From NCBI GenBank assembly GCA_964402535.1, contig CAYOCH010000003.1, positions 1,825-65,824 on the forward strand: 64,000 bases of DNA, read 5' to 3'. Each line of letters opens with the position of its first letter. Position 1 is the first letter of the stretch. The position numbers and the translations under genes were made by a program. The notes under the pieces are model-generated. The model had not been told where the DNA came from. It searched no databases and saw only the letters and a program-made list of their open reading frames with translations. Positions 19,795 to 28,496 of this stretch are shown in pieces. This stretch comes from an uncultured Candidatus Saccharibacteria bacterium. Its GTDB lineage: Bacteria > Patescibacteriota > Minisyncoccia > Phycocordibacterales > Phycocordibacteraceae.

Positions 19795-20034
19795 TTGAAG
19801 AAAATCCTTTTTTCGCTCTTTTCCGTCATCGCTGCACTCGCCATCGCCTTGCCCGCGCTCGCCGCGAACCACGCGAGCGGCACCATAACTGCCGCGGCGC
19901 CTACGGTCATCGCCGCTGCCGAGAAGGCAAAGCCCGCCGCGAAAGCGACGAAAGCTAAACCCGCCACGGCCAAGAAGGCCAAGGCCGGCAAGTCGAAGGC
20001 CAAGGCAAAAGCGAAGCCAAAAGCGAAGGCCTGA
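19795..20034 (+). CDS. small secreted Lys/Ala-rich (histone-H1-like tail) protein
   Basis: TTG start with SD GAAGGAGGTG 5 nt upstream; signal peptide MKKILFSLFSVIAALAIALPALA; C-terminal KAKPAAKATKAKPATAKKAKAGKSKAKAKAKPKAKA; strong terminator just downstream. Confidence 0.6.
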   Translation: MKKILFSLFSVIAALAIALPALAANHASGTITAAAPTVIAAAEKAKPAAKATKAKPATAKKAKAGKSKAKAKAKPKAKA

Positions 20035-20055
20035 CGCGGCGATCAGGCGAGCAAC

Positions 20056-20090
20056 AAAAAGCGGAGGTCATGCACCTCCGCTTTTTCTTA
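20056..20090 (+). terminator. intrinsic terminator
   Basis: AAAAAGCGGAGGT-catgc-ACCTCCGCTTTTTCTTATC. Confidence 0.8.
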
Positions 20091-20243
20091 TCTTGCGTTT
20101 TTATGAAGGGTCGGTTACCTTTAATCCCAACGCATCTTGGCGTCGCTCTTTGGCTCGTCGGCTGAATTCTCACTGCGGGCCGGGGGTGTTTTCCGACTCG
20201 CGTCGGATTATTAATTCGTGATTTAGAAACGTAATTACCGATT

Positions 20244-21443
20244 ATGGCAGAATTCAATCGTGCGAAGCCGCACATGAACGTGGGCACCATCGGCCACGTC
20301 GACCACGGCAAGACGACTCTCACCGCCGGCATCCTCCACGTCCTCGATATGTTGAAGGGCGAGGGCTATGGCGCCCGCGTCGAAGGCGTCGACAAGATCG
20401 ACAGCGCTCCTGAAGAGAAGGCGCGCGGTATCACTATCGCGCTCCACCACTCGGAGTATGAGTCGCCGAACCGCCACTACGCGCACATCGACGCTCCGGG
20501 CCACGCAGACTACATCAAGAACATGATCACGGGAGCCGCCCAGATGGACGGCGCAGTCCTCGTGGTCGCCGCGACCGACGGCGTGATGCCGCAGACGCGC
20601 GAGCACATCCTCCTCGCGAAGCAGGTGGGCCTTAAGAAGCTCATCGTCTTCCTCAACAAGGTGGACATGGTCGCCGAGGCAGACCTCATCGACCTCGTCG
20701 AAGAGGAGATCCGCGAGCTTCTCACGAAGCAGGGCTACGACGGCGCGAACACACCGATCATCCGCGGCTCGGGCTTGAAGGCCCTCGAGTCGAAGGACGT
20801 GAACGATGAATACGCTAAGAAGGCGAAGGAGCTCGTCGACACGATGGACTCCTACTTCGACCTCCCGAAGCGTGAGACGGATAAGCCGTTCCTCATGCCG
20901 ATCGAGGACATCTTCTCGATCGAAGGCCGCGGCACCGTGGTGACCGGCCGCATCGAGCGCGGCGTGATCAAGGTCGGCGAGGAAGTCGAGATCGTCGGCA
21001 TCAAGCCGACGGCCAAGACGACCGTCACCGGCATCGAGATGTTCAACAAGCAGCTCCAGGAGGGCCAGGCAGGCGACAACGCCGGCATCCTCCTGCGCGG
21101 CACGAAGAAGGAGGACGTGCACCGCGGCCAGGTGCTCGCGAAGACCGGTTCGGTCACGCCGCACACGGACTTCGAGGCAGAGGTCTTCGTCCTCTCGAAG
21201 GATGAAGGCGGCCGCCACACGCCGTTCTTCTCGGGCTACAAGCCGCAGTTCTACATCCGCACGACGGACGTGACCGGCGAGGTCACCCTGCCGGACGGCA
21301 AGGAGATGGTGATGCCGGGCGACACGGTCACCTTCAAGGTGAAGCTCACCGCGCCGGTCGCGCTCGAAGAGCAGCAGCACTTCGCGATCCGCGAAGGCGG
21401 CAAGACCGTTGGCGCCGGCGTCGTGACCAAGATCACCGCCTAA
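20244..21443 (+). CDS. tuf: elongation factor Tu
   Basis: 399 aa with [20 protein letters not shown] and NKVD motifs. Confidence 0.98.
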   Translation: MAEFNRAKPHMNVGTIGHVDHGKTTLTAGILHVLDMLKGEGYGARVEGVDKIDSAPEEKARGITIALHHSEYESPNRHYAHIDAPGHADYIKNMITGAAQMDGAVLVVAATDGVMPQTREHILLAKQVGLKKLIVFLNKVDMVAEADLIDLVEEEIRELLTKQGYDGANTPIIRGSGLKALESKDVNDEYAKKAKELVDTMDSYFDLPKRETDKPFLMPIEDIFSIEGRGTVVTGRIERGVIKVGEEVEIVGIKPTAKTTVTGIEMFNKQLQEGQAGDNAGILLRGTKKEDVHRGQVLAKTGSVTPHTDFEAEVFVLSKDEGGRHTPFFSGYKPQFYIRTTDVTGEVTLPDGKEMVMPGDTVTFKVKLTAPVALEEQQHFAIREGGKTVGAGVVTKITA

Positions 21444-21465
21444 GCGTGTAACAACCAGTACTCGT

Positions 21466-21831
21466 ATGGCTACGGAATCGAAACCCAAGGCGAAGCGCGC
21501 CGCAAAGAAGGCGGCGCCTGCGACGGAGCACAAGCTCCGCATCCGGGTCCGCGCCTATGAGCACAAGATCCTCGACCTCTCGGTGAAGCAGATCATGGAC
21601 ACCGCGGCGCGCTTCGACGCTGTCGTCGTCGGCCCGGTGCCGCTCCCCACCGAGATCAAGCGCTGGACCGTGAACCGCTCGACCTTCGTCCACAAGGACG
21701 CTCGCGAGCAGTTCGAGATGCGCATCCACAAGCGCCTGATCGACATCATGAATCCGTCGCCTAAGGTGATCGAGGCCCTCACGAACCTCAATCTCCCCTC
21801 GGGGGTGACGATCGACGTCAAGATGGTTTAA
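21466..21831 (+). CDS. rpsJ: 30S ribosomal protein S10 (with Lys/Ala-rich N-terminal extension)
   Basis: Conserved S10 core KLRIRVRAYEHKILD...; ~20-aa KAKRAAKKAAPA extension. Confidence 0.93.
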   Translation: MATESKPKAKRAAKKAAPATEHKLRIRVRAYEHKILDLSVKQIMDTAARFDAVVVGPVPLPTEIKRWTVNRSTFVHKDAREQFEMRIHKRLIDIMNPSPKVIEALTNLNLPSGVTIDVKMV

Positions 21832-21849
21832 CCCGAGCGCAGTCGAGGG
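21832..21849. repeat. 18-nt repeat CCCGAGCGCAGTCGAGGG (copy 1, immediately after the rpsJ stop)
   Basis: An identical 18-mer recurs at 36923-36940. Confidence 0.6.
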
Positions 21850-21866
21850 TTCTAACCGCCAAGAGA

Positions 21867-21906
21867 ACACGCAACCGCCCCTCGGGGCGGTTGCGTGTTT
21901 TATTTG
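21867..21906 (+). terminator. intrinsic terminator after rpsJ
   Basis: ACACGCAACCGCCCC-tcg-GGGCGGTTGCGTGT followed by TTTATTT. Confidence 0.8.
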
Positions 21907-21943
21907 GTGCTATCCTACCGGCAGATGTCACGAGGAGATTCAC

Positions 21944-22126
21944 ATGGATTGGATCGACTACGCGCTTGAAGAAGAGAAGAGCCGGGAGCGGAAGAAAGCG
22001 GAAGCGAAAAGAGGCGGCGTGAAGAAGCAGCAGAACCCGGTGCCAGTTGCGCCCGTCGAAACGCTCCCTGATGTTCCCGATTTGTCCCATAACCACATCG
22101 ATTGGATCCCAGTCGACGAACAGTAA
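21944..22126 (+). CDS. small hypothetical protein (60 aa)
   Basis: SD GAGGAG upstream of the ATG; charged KKAEAKR core; begins DWIDYA and ends DWIPVDEQ; followed by a hairpin at 22128-22160. Confidence 0.4.
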   Translation: MDWIDYALEEEKSRERKKAEAKRGGVKKQQNPVPVAPVETLPDVPDLSHNHIDWIPVDEQ

Positions 22127-22214
22127 CCAAGGCCGCGTCTGGAGCACGCGGCCTTTGCATTTGGCGCTCTGCGTCCGGCCTGGTACACTCGCTCGCGGAA
22201 AGGGGGGCACACCT

Positions 22215-22484
22215 ATGCCTATCAGTTGGATGGAACAGCTGGAACTTGACGAGACGCACACAACCTCGAGGGAGACTGCATTGGCTAAAGAACAACCGTA
22301 CATTGTCGCTGGGATCAAGAACTACTTCGGCGGTACTGGCGAGCTTGGCGTAGAGCTCGGCACATTTCGCACTGTTGAGTTTGCGCTCCACGCGCGCGAA
22401 GCGATACTCAAGCTCGCGATAAAAAAGGGCTGGTCGGGCCGTCGCGGAATATTCCAGAACGGGAAGCTGATCAAAGAGATCTGA
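22215..22484 (+). CDS. small hypothetical protein (89 aa)
   Basis: ATG preceded by GAAAGGGGGG; followed by a strong terminator at 22501-22530 (AAAGGCAGGCCCCGGCCTGCCTTTTTTATT). Confidence 0.45.
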   Translation: MPISWMEQLELDETHTTSRETALAKEQPYIVAGIKNYFGGTGELGVELGTFRTVEFALHAREAILKLAIKKGWSGRRGIFQNGKLIKEI

Positions 22485-22500
22485 CAGCACATTCGCAGTG

Positions 22501-22530
22501 AAAGGCAGGCCCCGGCCTGCCTTTTTTATT
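22501..22530 (+). terminator. intrinsic terminator
   Basis: GGCAGGCC-ccg-GCCTGCC stem followed by TTTTTTATT. Confidence 0.8.
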
Positions 22531-22557
22531 GACAGCGTACTCAGACTATTTTATAAT
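22529..22557 (+). promoter_or_regulatory. consensus sigma70 promoter (TTGACA-17-TATAAT)
   Basis: TTGACA at 22529-22534, exact 17-nt spacer, TATAAT at 22552-22557; it drives the small gene at 22589. Confidence 0.6.
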
Positions 22558-22588
22558 AGTCAAACCATGTTCCTTTCGGAGTCATAGC

Positions 22589-22882
22589 ATGTCGAGAAAT
22601 CGATTTAGGGAGGCGCAGGCCTCGCAGTCATTGGTGCGCGTTGGAGGAATAATGTCGGCGTATATGTTGACCGCTCGCCTGAATGCTCTGGGCGGGACCT
22701 CAGCAATCCGTCCGAAGTTCTGGGGAAACGAGCAATTGCTTCAGGAGTATGCACGGCGGAGGGCTGCGTTGAGCTGGCCAGAGCAGAGTCTCGTCGTGCA
22801 GGAAGTTCTCGAAAACGCCAGGCACAATCTCAAACTAATCGAAAAAGAAATCTTGCGTCGCATGAATGCGAAAGCCCGCTGA
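22589..22882 (+). CDS. small hypothetical protein (97 aa)
   Basis: The ATG at 22589 has GGAG 8 nt upstream and a consensus promoter ~30 nt upstream; lower GC; no known motif. Confidence 0.45.
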   Translation: MSRNRFREAQASQSLVRVGGIMSAYMLTARLNALGGTSAIRPKFWGNEQLLQEYARRRAALSWPEQSLVVQEVLENARHNLKLIEKEILRRMNAKAR

Positions 22883-23008
22883 TCGGCGGGTTTTCTGTTT
22901 CCTTGCATGATTTTTCGTTCTCGTGTAGAGTGCCTCCATCGCTACGACCCCATGCGGGTCCTCCAGCAAATCGCGCACCAGCGATTGCTGGCGCGCGATT
23001 TCTATCAA

Positions 23009-23623
23009 ATGAAATTCATCCTCGCCAAGAAAGAGAAAATGACCCGCATCTTCGCGGATGACGGCCGCGCGCTCGCCGGCACGATCCTCAAGGCGGAGCC
23101 GATTACCGTCACGCAGGTGAAGTCGGCCGACGGCAAGGACCAGTACTCGGCCGTCCAGGTCGGGATGGGGGAGCGCCGCGCCACGACGGTCTCTAAGGCC
23201 GTCCTCGGCCACGGCAAGGGCAAGGCCTACGAGGCCGTGCGCGAGTTCCGCGACGCATCCGGCCTCTCCGTGGGTGCTGCGATCGACGCGTCCGTCTTCG
23301 CGGTGGGCGATGTGGTCCGCGTCTCGGGCATCACCAAGGGCAAGGGCTTCGCCGGTGTGGTGAAGCGCCACGGCTTCCACGGCGGTCCGCGCACTCACGG
23401 CCAGAAGCACACCGAGCGCGCCCCGGGCTCGATCGGCGGCTCGGGCGGCCGCGCAGGCGGTCGCGTCGTGAAGGGCAAGCGCATGGCGGGCCGCATGGGC
23501 TCTGACCGCGTCACGGTCAAGAACCTCAAGGTGCTCGCGATCGACCTTGCAGCCGGCGAGATCATCGTCTCGGGCGCCGTCCCGGGCCGCCGCGGCACCG
23601 TGCTCGAGGTAGCCGCCGCATAA
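23009..23623 (+). CDS. rplC: 50S ribosomal protein L3
   Basis: MKFILAKKEKMTRIFADDG aligns with the L3 N-terminus (KKVGMTRIF); the longest ORF starts at 22907. Confidence 0.93.
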   Translation: MKFILAKKEKMTRIFADDGRALAGTILKAEPITVTQVKSADGKDQYSAVQVGMGERRATTVSKAVLGHGKGKAYEAVREFRDASGLSVGAAIDASVFAVGDVVRVSGITKGKGFAGVVKRHGFHGGPRTHGQKHTERAPGSIGGSGGRAGGRVVKGKRMAGRMGSDRVTVKNLKVLAIDLAAGEIIVSGAVPGRRGTVLEVAAA

Positions 23624-23633
23624 TTTCCGTACT

Positions 23634-24338
23634 ATGGCTACCACTAAGACTATGAAGACTAAGAAAGAAGCCCCGAAGGAGGCCCCGATCTACTCGATGG
23701 AGGGCAAGCAGGTGGGCACGATCGCGCTCCCGGAGACGCTCTTCGCGCAGCCGTGGCGCGTCGACCTGGTGCACCAGGTCTCGACCGCGATCCAGGCGAA
23801 CCTCCGCCAGAACCGCGCCCACACCAAGGACCGCTCTGAGGTCTCGGGCGGCGGCAAGAAGCCGTGGAAGCAGAAGGGCACCGGCCAGGCGCGTCACGCG
23901 TCGACCCGCTCGCCGATCTGGCGCCATGGCGGCATCACCTTCGGTCCGCGCACCGAGCGCGACTACAGCGAGAAGATCAACAAGAAGATGCGCGTCGGCG
24001 CGCTCATGAGCGCCCTCTCAAAGAAGGCGAAGGACGGCGAGCTGATCCTCGTCGACTCACTGAGCTTCGCTGCGCCGAAGGCCGCGACGGCCAAGAAGGC
24101 GATCGCCGCGATCGCCAAGGGCGCCGGCGCCGACACCCTCGCCTCGAAAAAGAAGAACGCCGCGCTCCTCGCGCTCGCCTCCTACGACACGAACGCGATC
24201 AAGAGCTTCGGCAACTTCGGCAACGTGATGACCGAGGAGCTGCGCAATTTGAACTTGCTCGACGTGCTCACGCACAAGTACCTCGTGATCGAGAAGCCGG
24301 AGGCTGCGTTTGCAGCGCTCGCCGCCCGCGCGAAGTAA
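23634..24338 (+). CDS. rplD: 50S ribosomal protein L4
   Basis: 234 aa with a conserved L4 core (GGGKKPWKQKGTGQARHAS). Confidence 0.95.
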   Translation: MATTKTMKTKKEAPKEAPIYSMEGKQVGTIALPETLFAQPWRVDLVHQVSTAIQANLRQNRAHTKDRSEVSGGGKKPWKQKGTGQARHASTRSPIWRHGGITFGPRTERDYSEKINKKMRVGALMSALSKKAKDGELILVDSLSFAAPKAATAKKAIAAIAKGAGADTLASKKKNAALLALASYDTNAIKSFGNFGNVMTEELRNLNLLDVLTHKYLVIEKPEAAFAALAARAK

Positions 24339-24348
24339 CAGAACTACC

Positions 24349-24717
24349 ATGGCACTCTTTAGCTCAACCAAGAAGGAGAAGAAGGAAGGCGCGGTGAAGG
24401 CCAAGCGCGTCGCCCGCTCGAAGAAGCCGGTCGCCGGCTCTGCGCACGACGCGATCATCGCGCCGTGGTTCTCGGAGAAGGCGCTCATCGCGACCGAGAA
24501 GGGCGTCTACGCGTTCGCCGTCCCGACGCGCGCGACCAAGGCCGAGATCGCCGGTGCGATCAAGGAGATCTACAACGTCGCGCCGCGCGCGATCCGCATC
24601 GTGAACCTCCCGGCGAAGCGCAAGATGATGCGCACCCGCCGCGGGATCGGCACGCGCGCTGCGCGCCGCAAGGCCTACGTCTACCTGAACGCGGGCGACA
24701 CGATCCAGTTCGCGTAA
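24349..24717 (+). CDS. rplW: 50S ribosomal protein L23 (Lys-rich N-terminal extension)
   Basis: The ATG at 24349 gives MALFSSTKKEKKEGAVKAKRVARSKKP... followed by the L23 core (APWFSEKAL...YAFAVP...AKAEIAGAIKEIYNV). Confidence 0.9.
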   Translation: MALFSSTKKEKKEGAVKAKRVARSKKPVAGSAHDAIIAPWFSEKALIATEKGVYAFAVPTRATKAEIAGAIKEIYNVAPRAIRIVNLPAKRKMMRTRRGIGTRAARRKAYVYLNAGDTIQFA

Positions 24718-24727
24718 TCATCGCCGT

Positions 24728-25570
24728 ATGAAAACCTACAAGCCTACATCCAAGAGCCGCCGCTTCATGACTACGCTCCCGTACAAGGAGCTCCTCTCAG
24801 GCGACGAGCCGTACAAGCCGCTCCTCGGCAAGAAGAAGCGTCAGGGCGGCCGCAACGCGTTCGGCCGGATCACGACGCGCCACCAGGGCGGCGGCCACAA
24901 GCGCCGTCTGCGCGACGTTGATTTCTCGTACAACAAGAAGGACATCCCGGCGAAGATCGAGACCGTCGAGTACGACCCGTTCCGCTCCGCATTCATCGGC
25001 CTCGCGCTCTATCGCGACGGCGAGCGCCGTTACCATATCCTCCCCAAGGAGGTGAAGGTGGGGAGCACGTTCATCGTCTCGGAGAAGGCGCCTTTGACGG
25101 CCGGCAACCGTCTCCCGCTCGGCTCGATCCCCGTGGGCACGTTTATCTACAACATCGAGATCGCCCCGGGCGCCGGCGCCTCGCTCGTCCGCTCGGCCGG
25201 CAGCTACGCCGAGGTGGTCGCACACGACGCGGGCTACGCCCAGATCAAGCTCCCATCGACTGAAGTCCGCAAGGTCTCTGACCTCGCGTGGGCCTCGGTC
25301 GGCGCGGTCGGCAACGAGGAGTACAACCTCGTCGTGATCGGCAAGGCAGGCCGCAGCCGCTGGCTCGGTATCCGTCCGACGGTGCGCGGCACCGCCATGA
25401 ACCCGGTCGACCACCCGCACGGCGGCGGCGAAGGCAAGCAGGGTCGCGGTCTCCGCCGCGCCAAGAGCAAGTGGGGCAAGCCCACCGGCAAGGGTCAGAA
25501 GACCCGCACGCCGAAGAAGTACTCGAACGTCTTCATCGTCTCCCGCCGCAAGGTCGGCAAGCGCAAGTAA
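24728..25570 (+). CDS. rplB: 50S ribosomal protein L2
   Basis: 280 aa with conserved GRNxxGxITxRHxGGGHKR and the C-terminal VRGTAMNPVDHPHGGGEG. Confidence 0.98.
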   Translation: MKTYKPTSKSRRFMTTLPYKELLSGDEPYKPLLGKKKRQGGRNAFGRITTRHQGGGHKRRLRDVDFSYNKKDIPAKIETVEYDPFRSAFIGLALYRDGERRYHILPKEVKVGSTFIVSEKAPLTAGNRLPLGSIPVGTFIYNIEIAPGAGASLVRSAGSYAEVVAHDAGYAQIKLPSTEVRKVSDLAWASVGAVGNEEYNLVVIGKAGRSRWLGIRPTVRGTAMNPVDHPHGGGEGKQGRGLRRAKSKWGKPTGKGQKTRTPKKYSNVFIVSRRKVGKRK

Positions 25571-25579
25571 GACAAAAGC

Positions 25580-25618
25580 AAATCGCCCGCGGCGTCCGCC
25601 GCGGGCGATTTCTTTTAC
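25580..25618. terminator. bidirectional intrinsic terminator after rplB
   Basis: AAATCGCCCGCGG-cgtc-CGCCGCGGGCGATTT with T-tracts on both sides. Confidence 0.75.
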
Positions 25619-26376
25619 TATCGGTACGCCGGTTTGAGGACTGAAGAGAGCTCGGAGAGGGGGATACGGACTGTCTGGGGGCCGGCAGCATAGGGGCCAG
25701 CCTGATAGGGGGCGAAGAGGATCACGAATTCGCGGTTGTCGAAGAAGAAATCGGCAAAATTCTTAGCATCTGGCGCGGTGCCGGCGTTGATCTGCTCGGT
25801 ATCGGCGTTGGGCGCCTGTGCGGCGGCGATCTGGCTGCGCGAGATCGAAGAGAGCGTGTCCAGGTAGTCGCCCTGGAAGATGTCGGAGAGCGCGAGCGCC
25901 TTGCCGGTCTTGGTGTCGAAGGTGAAGGTCGCGAACGTCGTGTTGCCGTGCGCGCCGAGCGTGTCGGCGTAGACCGTGAAGATGTACGAGATGGTGCGTG
26001 ACGACGAGCCGATCAGGTAGACGATGTTCAAGGTCTGTTTGCGTCCCCGATCGTAGCCCATCACGCGGATGTCGCGCGGCGAGAGGTTGTCGAAACGACC
26101 GTCGGTCTTGAACTGCGCGATCGTGTCGCGGATGAAGGTATACAGCTGCGAGCGCGCTGCGGCGTCTGCTGCTGGTGCAAGCGGCGTTGAGGTCGCGTAA
26201 TTTGCCGAGATATCGTAGTACTTCGCGCTCTCTTCGTAGTGGCCGGGCGGGAGCACTATCGCGGACGGGTTCTCGCCCGGGGCGACGGCCGGGGCAGGGC
26301 GGAGGAATGCGTAGGCGGCCAAGAGGGCGGCGATGACGATGGCAAAGATGGTCAGGAGGGTGGTTTTCTGCGGCAT
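25618..26376 (-). CDS. membrane-anchored hypothetical protein (possibly DUF3298/RsiV-like fold), opposite-strand insertion between rplB and rpsS
   Basis: About 252 aa with an N-terminal TM helix (TLLTIFAIVIAALLAAYAFL) and GC3-rich codons. Possible starts are the ATG at 26376 or the GTG at 26394. Family assignment is weak. Confidence 0.55.
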   Translation of the reverse strand: MPQKTTLLTIFAIVIAALLAAYAFLRPAPAVAPGENPSAIVLPPGHYEESAKYYDISANYATSTPLAPAADAAARSQLYTFIRDTIAQFKTDGRFDNLSPRDIRVMGYDRGRKQTLNIVYLIGSSSRTISYIFTVYADTLGAHGNTTFATFTFDTKTGKALALSDIFQGDYLDTLSSISRSQIAAAQAPNADTEQINAGTAPDAKNFADFFFDNREFVILFAPYQAGPYAAGPQTVRIPLSELSSVLKPAYR

Positions 26377-26398
26377 ATGAGGCGAGTGTACCACCGGG

Positions 26399-26427
26399 TT
26401 GCATAAGTTCCAGACATCTTGTATCTT
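26399..26427 (+). promoter_or_regulatory. putative promoter for rpsS and the downstream r-protein genes
   Basis: TTGCAT (26399-26404), 17-nt spacer, TATCTT; followed by a short CGCGCTTGCGCG hairpin plus a T-tract. Confidence 0.35.
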
Positions 26428-26464
26428 TGAGCTATCTCGCGCTTGCGCGGGCTTTTAATTACTT

Positions 26465-26806
26465 ATGGCACGCTCACTCAAGAAGGGACCATTCGTGGAC
26501 GCAAAGCTCCTCAAGAAGGTCGCTCTCAAGAAACCGGCATCCGCCGGGGTCATCAAGACGTGGGCGCGCCGGAGTCAGATCAGCCCGGAAATGGTCGGAT
26601 TCACCTTCGGCGTCCACAACGGCAAGAGCCATGTGGAGGTCCTCGTCTCTGAGGAGATGGTGGGACACCGCCTCGGCGAATTCTCGCCGACCAAGAAGTT
26701 CATGCGCCACGGCGGCAAGATGCAGAAGGAGCTCGAGGCCAAGAAGCAGCAGGCCGAAATCACCGCAGCCAAGGCCGCCAAGGAGGCGCCGGCCGCTAAG
26801 AAATAA
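26465..26806 (+). CDS. rpsS: 30S ribosomal protein S19 (Lys/Ala-rich C-terminal extension)
   Basis: [12 protein letters not shown]...[10 protein letters not shown] core plus a [21 protein letters not shown] tail. Confidence 0.95.
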   Translation: MARSLKKGPFVDAKLLKKVALKKPASAGVIKTWARRSQISPEMVGFTFGVHNGKSHVEVLVSEEMVGHRLGEFSPTKKFMRHGGKMQKELEAKKQQAEITAAKAAKEAPAAKK

Positions 26807-26808
26807 CC

Positions 26809-27129
26809 ATGGCCACAGCATCCCTCAAGAGCTATAACCAGACCCCGCGCAAAGTCCGCCTCGTGACGGACCTCGTGAAGGGCAAGACGGTCACCGAGGC
26901 GCTCACGGCGCTCACGTTCCTCCCGCGCCGCGCAGCCGAGCCGATCGCCAAGCTCATCCGGAGCGCAGCCGCAAACGCCAAGGAGCAGGGCGCCGACGTC
27001 GCGACGCTCCGCGTGAAGTCGATCACCGTCGACAGCGCCGGCATGCTGAAGAAGTACATGCCGCGCGCCTTCGGCCGTGCCTCGATGATCCGCCGCCGCA
27101 AGAGCCAGGTCAACGTGACGCTCGCCTAA
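26809..27129 (+). CDS. rplV: 50S ribosomal protein L22
   Basis: 106 aa with the L22 fold signature; follows rpsS in operon order. Confidence 0.92.
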   Translation: MATASLKSYNQTPRKVRLVTDLVKGKTVTEALTALTFLPRRAAEPIAKLIRSAAANAKEQGADVATLRVKSITVDSAGMLKKYMPRAFGRASMIRRRKSQVNVTLA

Positions 27130-27135
27130 CTTTAT

Positions 27136-27843
27136 ATGACACACATCGTCCATCCGTACGCGCACCGTCTCGGCATCATCCGGGATTGGAAGAGTCGCTG
27201 GTTCGCCGGCGATAAGAAGAGCTACCGCGAGAACATCAAGGTGGACGAGACGATCCGCACCTTCCTCACCAAGCGCCTGCGCGGCACCTACACCTCGAAC
27301 ATCGAGATCGAGCGCGCCGAGGGCGAGCTCCGTGTCGTCGTCTCGACTGCGCGCCCGGGCCTCGTGATCGGCCGCTCCGGCGAGAACGCAACCAAGCTGC
27401 GCGCCGAGCTCACCGAGGTCGTCCGCAAGGCATCCGCCGCCGCGCTCCCCTCCGGGAAGCAGGTCAAGCTCGACATCAACGAGATCCGCCAGCCGGAGAC
27501 CGATGCAGCCGTCGTCGCCTACATGGTCGCCGAGGGCCTTGAGAAGCGCATGCCGTTCCGCCGCGTCCTCAAGCAGACGGTAGAGAAGGTGATCGCTGCC
27601 CGCGAGGTCGAGGGCGTGCGCATCGCGATTTCCGGGCGCTTGGGCGGCGCCGAGATGAGCCGCAAGGAGGAGCTCAAGAAGGGGCGCATCCCGCTCCAGA
27701 CCTTCCGTGCGGACATCGACTTCGCCCGCGAACAGGCCTACCTCCCGTACGGCGTGATCGGCATCAAGGTGTGGATCTATCGCGGCAACATCTATCAGGA
27801 CAAGACGGCGCCGGTGCGCCTTAACGAGCCCGTCCGCGGCTAA
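27136..27843 (+). CDS. rpsC: 30S ribosomal protein S3
   Basis: 235 aa with a KH domain and conserved GRLGGAEM. Confidence 0.96.
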   Translation: MTHIVHPYAHRLGIIRDWKSRWFAGDKKSYRENIKVDETIRTFLTKRLRGTYTSNIEIERAEGELRVVVSTARPGLVIGRSGENATKLRAELTEVVRKASAAALPSGKQVKLDINEIRQPETDAAVVAYMVAEGLEKRMPFRRVLKQTVEKVIAAREVEGVRIAISGRLGGAEMSRKEELKKGRIPLQTFRADIDFAREQAYLPYGVIGIKVWIYRGNIYQDKTAPVRLNEPVRG

Positions 27844-27852
27844 CCGACTACC

Positions 27853-28272
27853 ATGCTTTTCCCGAAGAAGGTCAAACATCGTAAGTGGCAGACGCAGCGG
27901 ATGAGCCCCAAGGCGCTCAGCCGTCCTGAGACGCGCGGCACGACGGTCGCGTTCGGCTCGTTCGCGCTCAAGGCGCTCACGCCGGCGCGCGTGACGAGCA
28001 ACCAGATCGAGTCCGCCCGCAAGGTGCTCACGCGTGCGACCGCCAAGACCGGCAAGCTCTGGATCCGCATCTTCCCTGACCGCCCGGTCACGGCGAAGCC
28101 GGCAGAAGTGGGCATGGGCTCCGGCAAGGGCGACCCGAAGCACTACGTCTTCCAGGTGCGGCCGGGCCGCATCCTCTTCGAGATGGACGGCGTCGACGAG
28201 AAGATCGCTCGTGCGCACCTGCGCCAGGCGGGCATGAAGCTCCCGGTCAAGACGTCGATCGTGACGCGCTAA
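27853..28272 (+). CDS. rplP: 50S ribosomal protein L16
   Basis: MLFPKKVKHRK...FGSFALKA..., canonical L16. Confidence 0.96.
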   Translation: MLFPKKVKHRKWQTQRMSPKALSRPETRGTTVAFGSFALKALTPARVTSNQIESARKVLTRATAKTGKLWIRIFPDRPVTAKPAEVGMGSGKGDPKHYVFQVRPGRILFEMDGVDEKIARAHLRQAGMKLPVKTSIVTR

Positions 28273-28291
28273 TTGCTTTTTCGTACCGGAT

Positions 28292-28495
28292 ATGACAAAA
28301 GTAGAAAACATGACGACGAAGAACGATCAGGAGCTCGCAAAGCTCCTCGCTGACACGCGCGCCGAGCTCCGCTCGGAGCGTTTCTCTGCCGCCGGCGCTC
28401 GCGCCAAGGACACGAACGCGAAGGGGAAGCACCGCGCGACGATCGCCCGCGTCCTCACCGAGCAGCGCCGCCGCGCACTCGCCGCCGCAAACTAA
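28292..28495 (+). CDS. rpmC: 50S ribosomal protein L29
   Basis: 67 aa in operon position; the ELAKLLADTRAELRSERF helix is typical of L29. The start could be the ATG at 28310. Confidence 0.85.
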   Translation: MTKVENMTTKNDQELAKLLADTRAELRSERFSAAGARAKDTNAKGKHRATIARVLTEQRRRALAAAN

Positions 28496-28496
28496 T

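Noticed and set aside
20235-21542. 435-aa minus-strand ORF
   Set aside because: Antisense to tuf; high-GC artefact.
22835-23644. 269-aa minus-strand ORF
   Set aside because: Antisense to rplC; no support.
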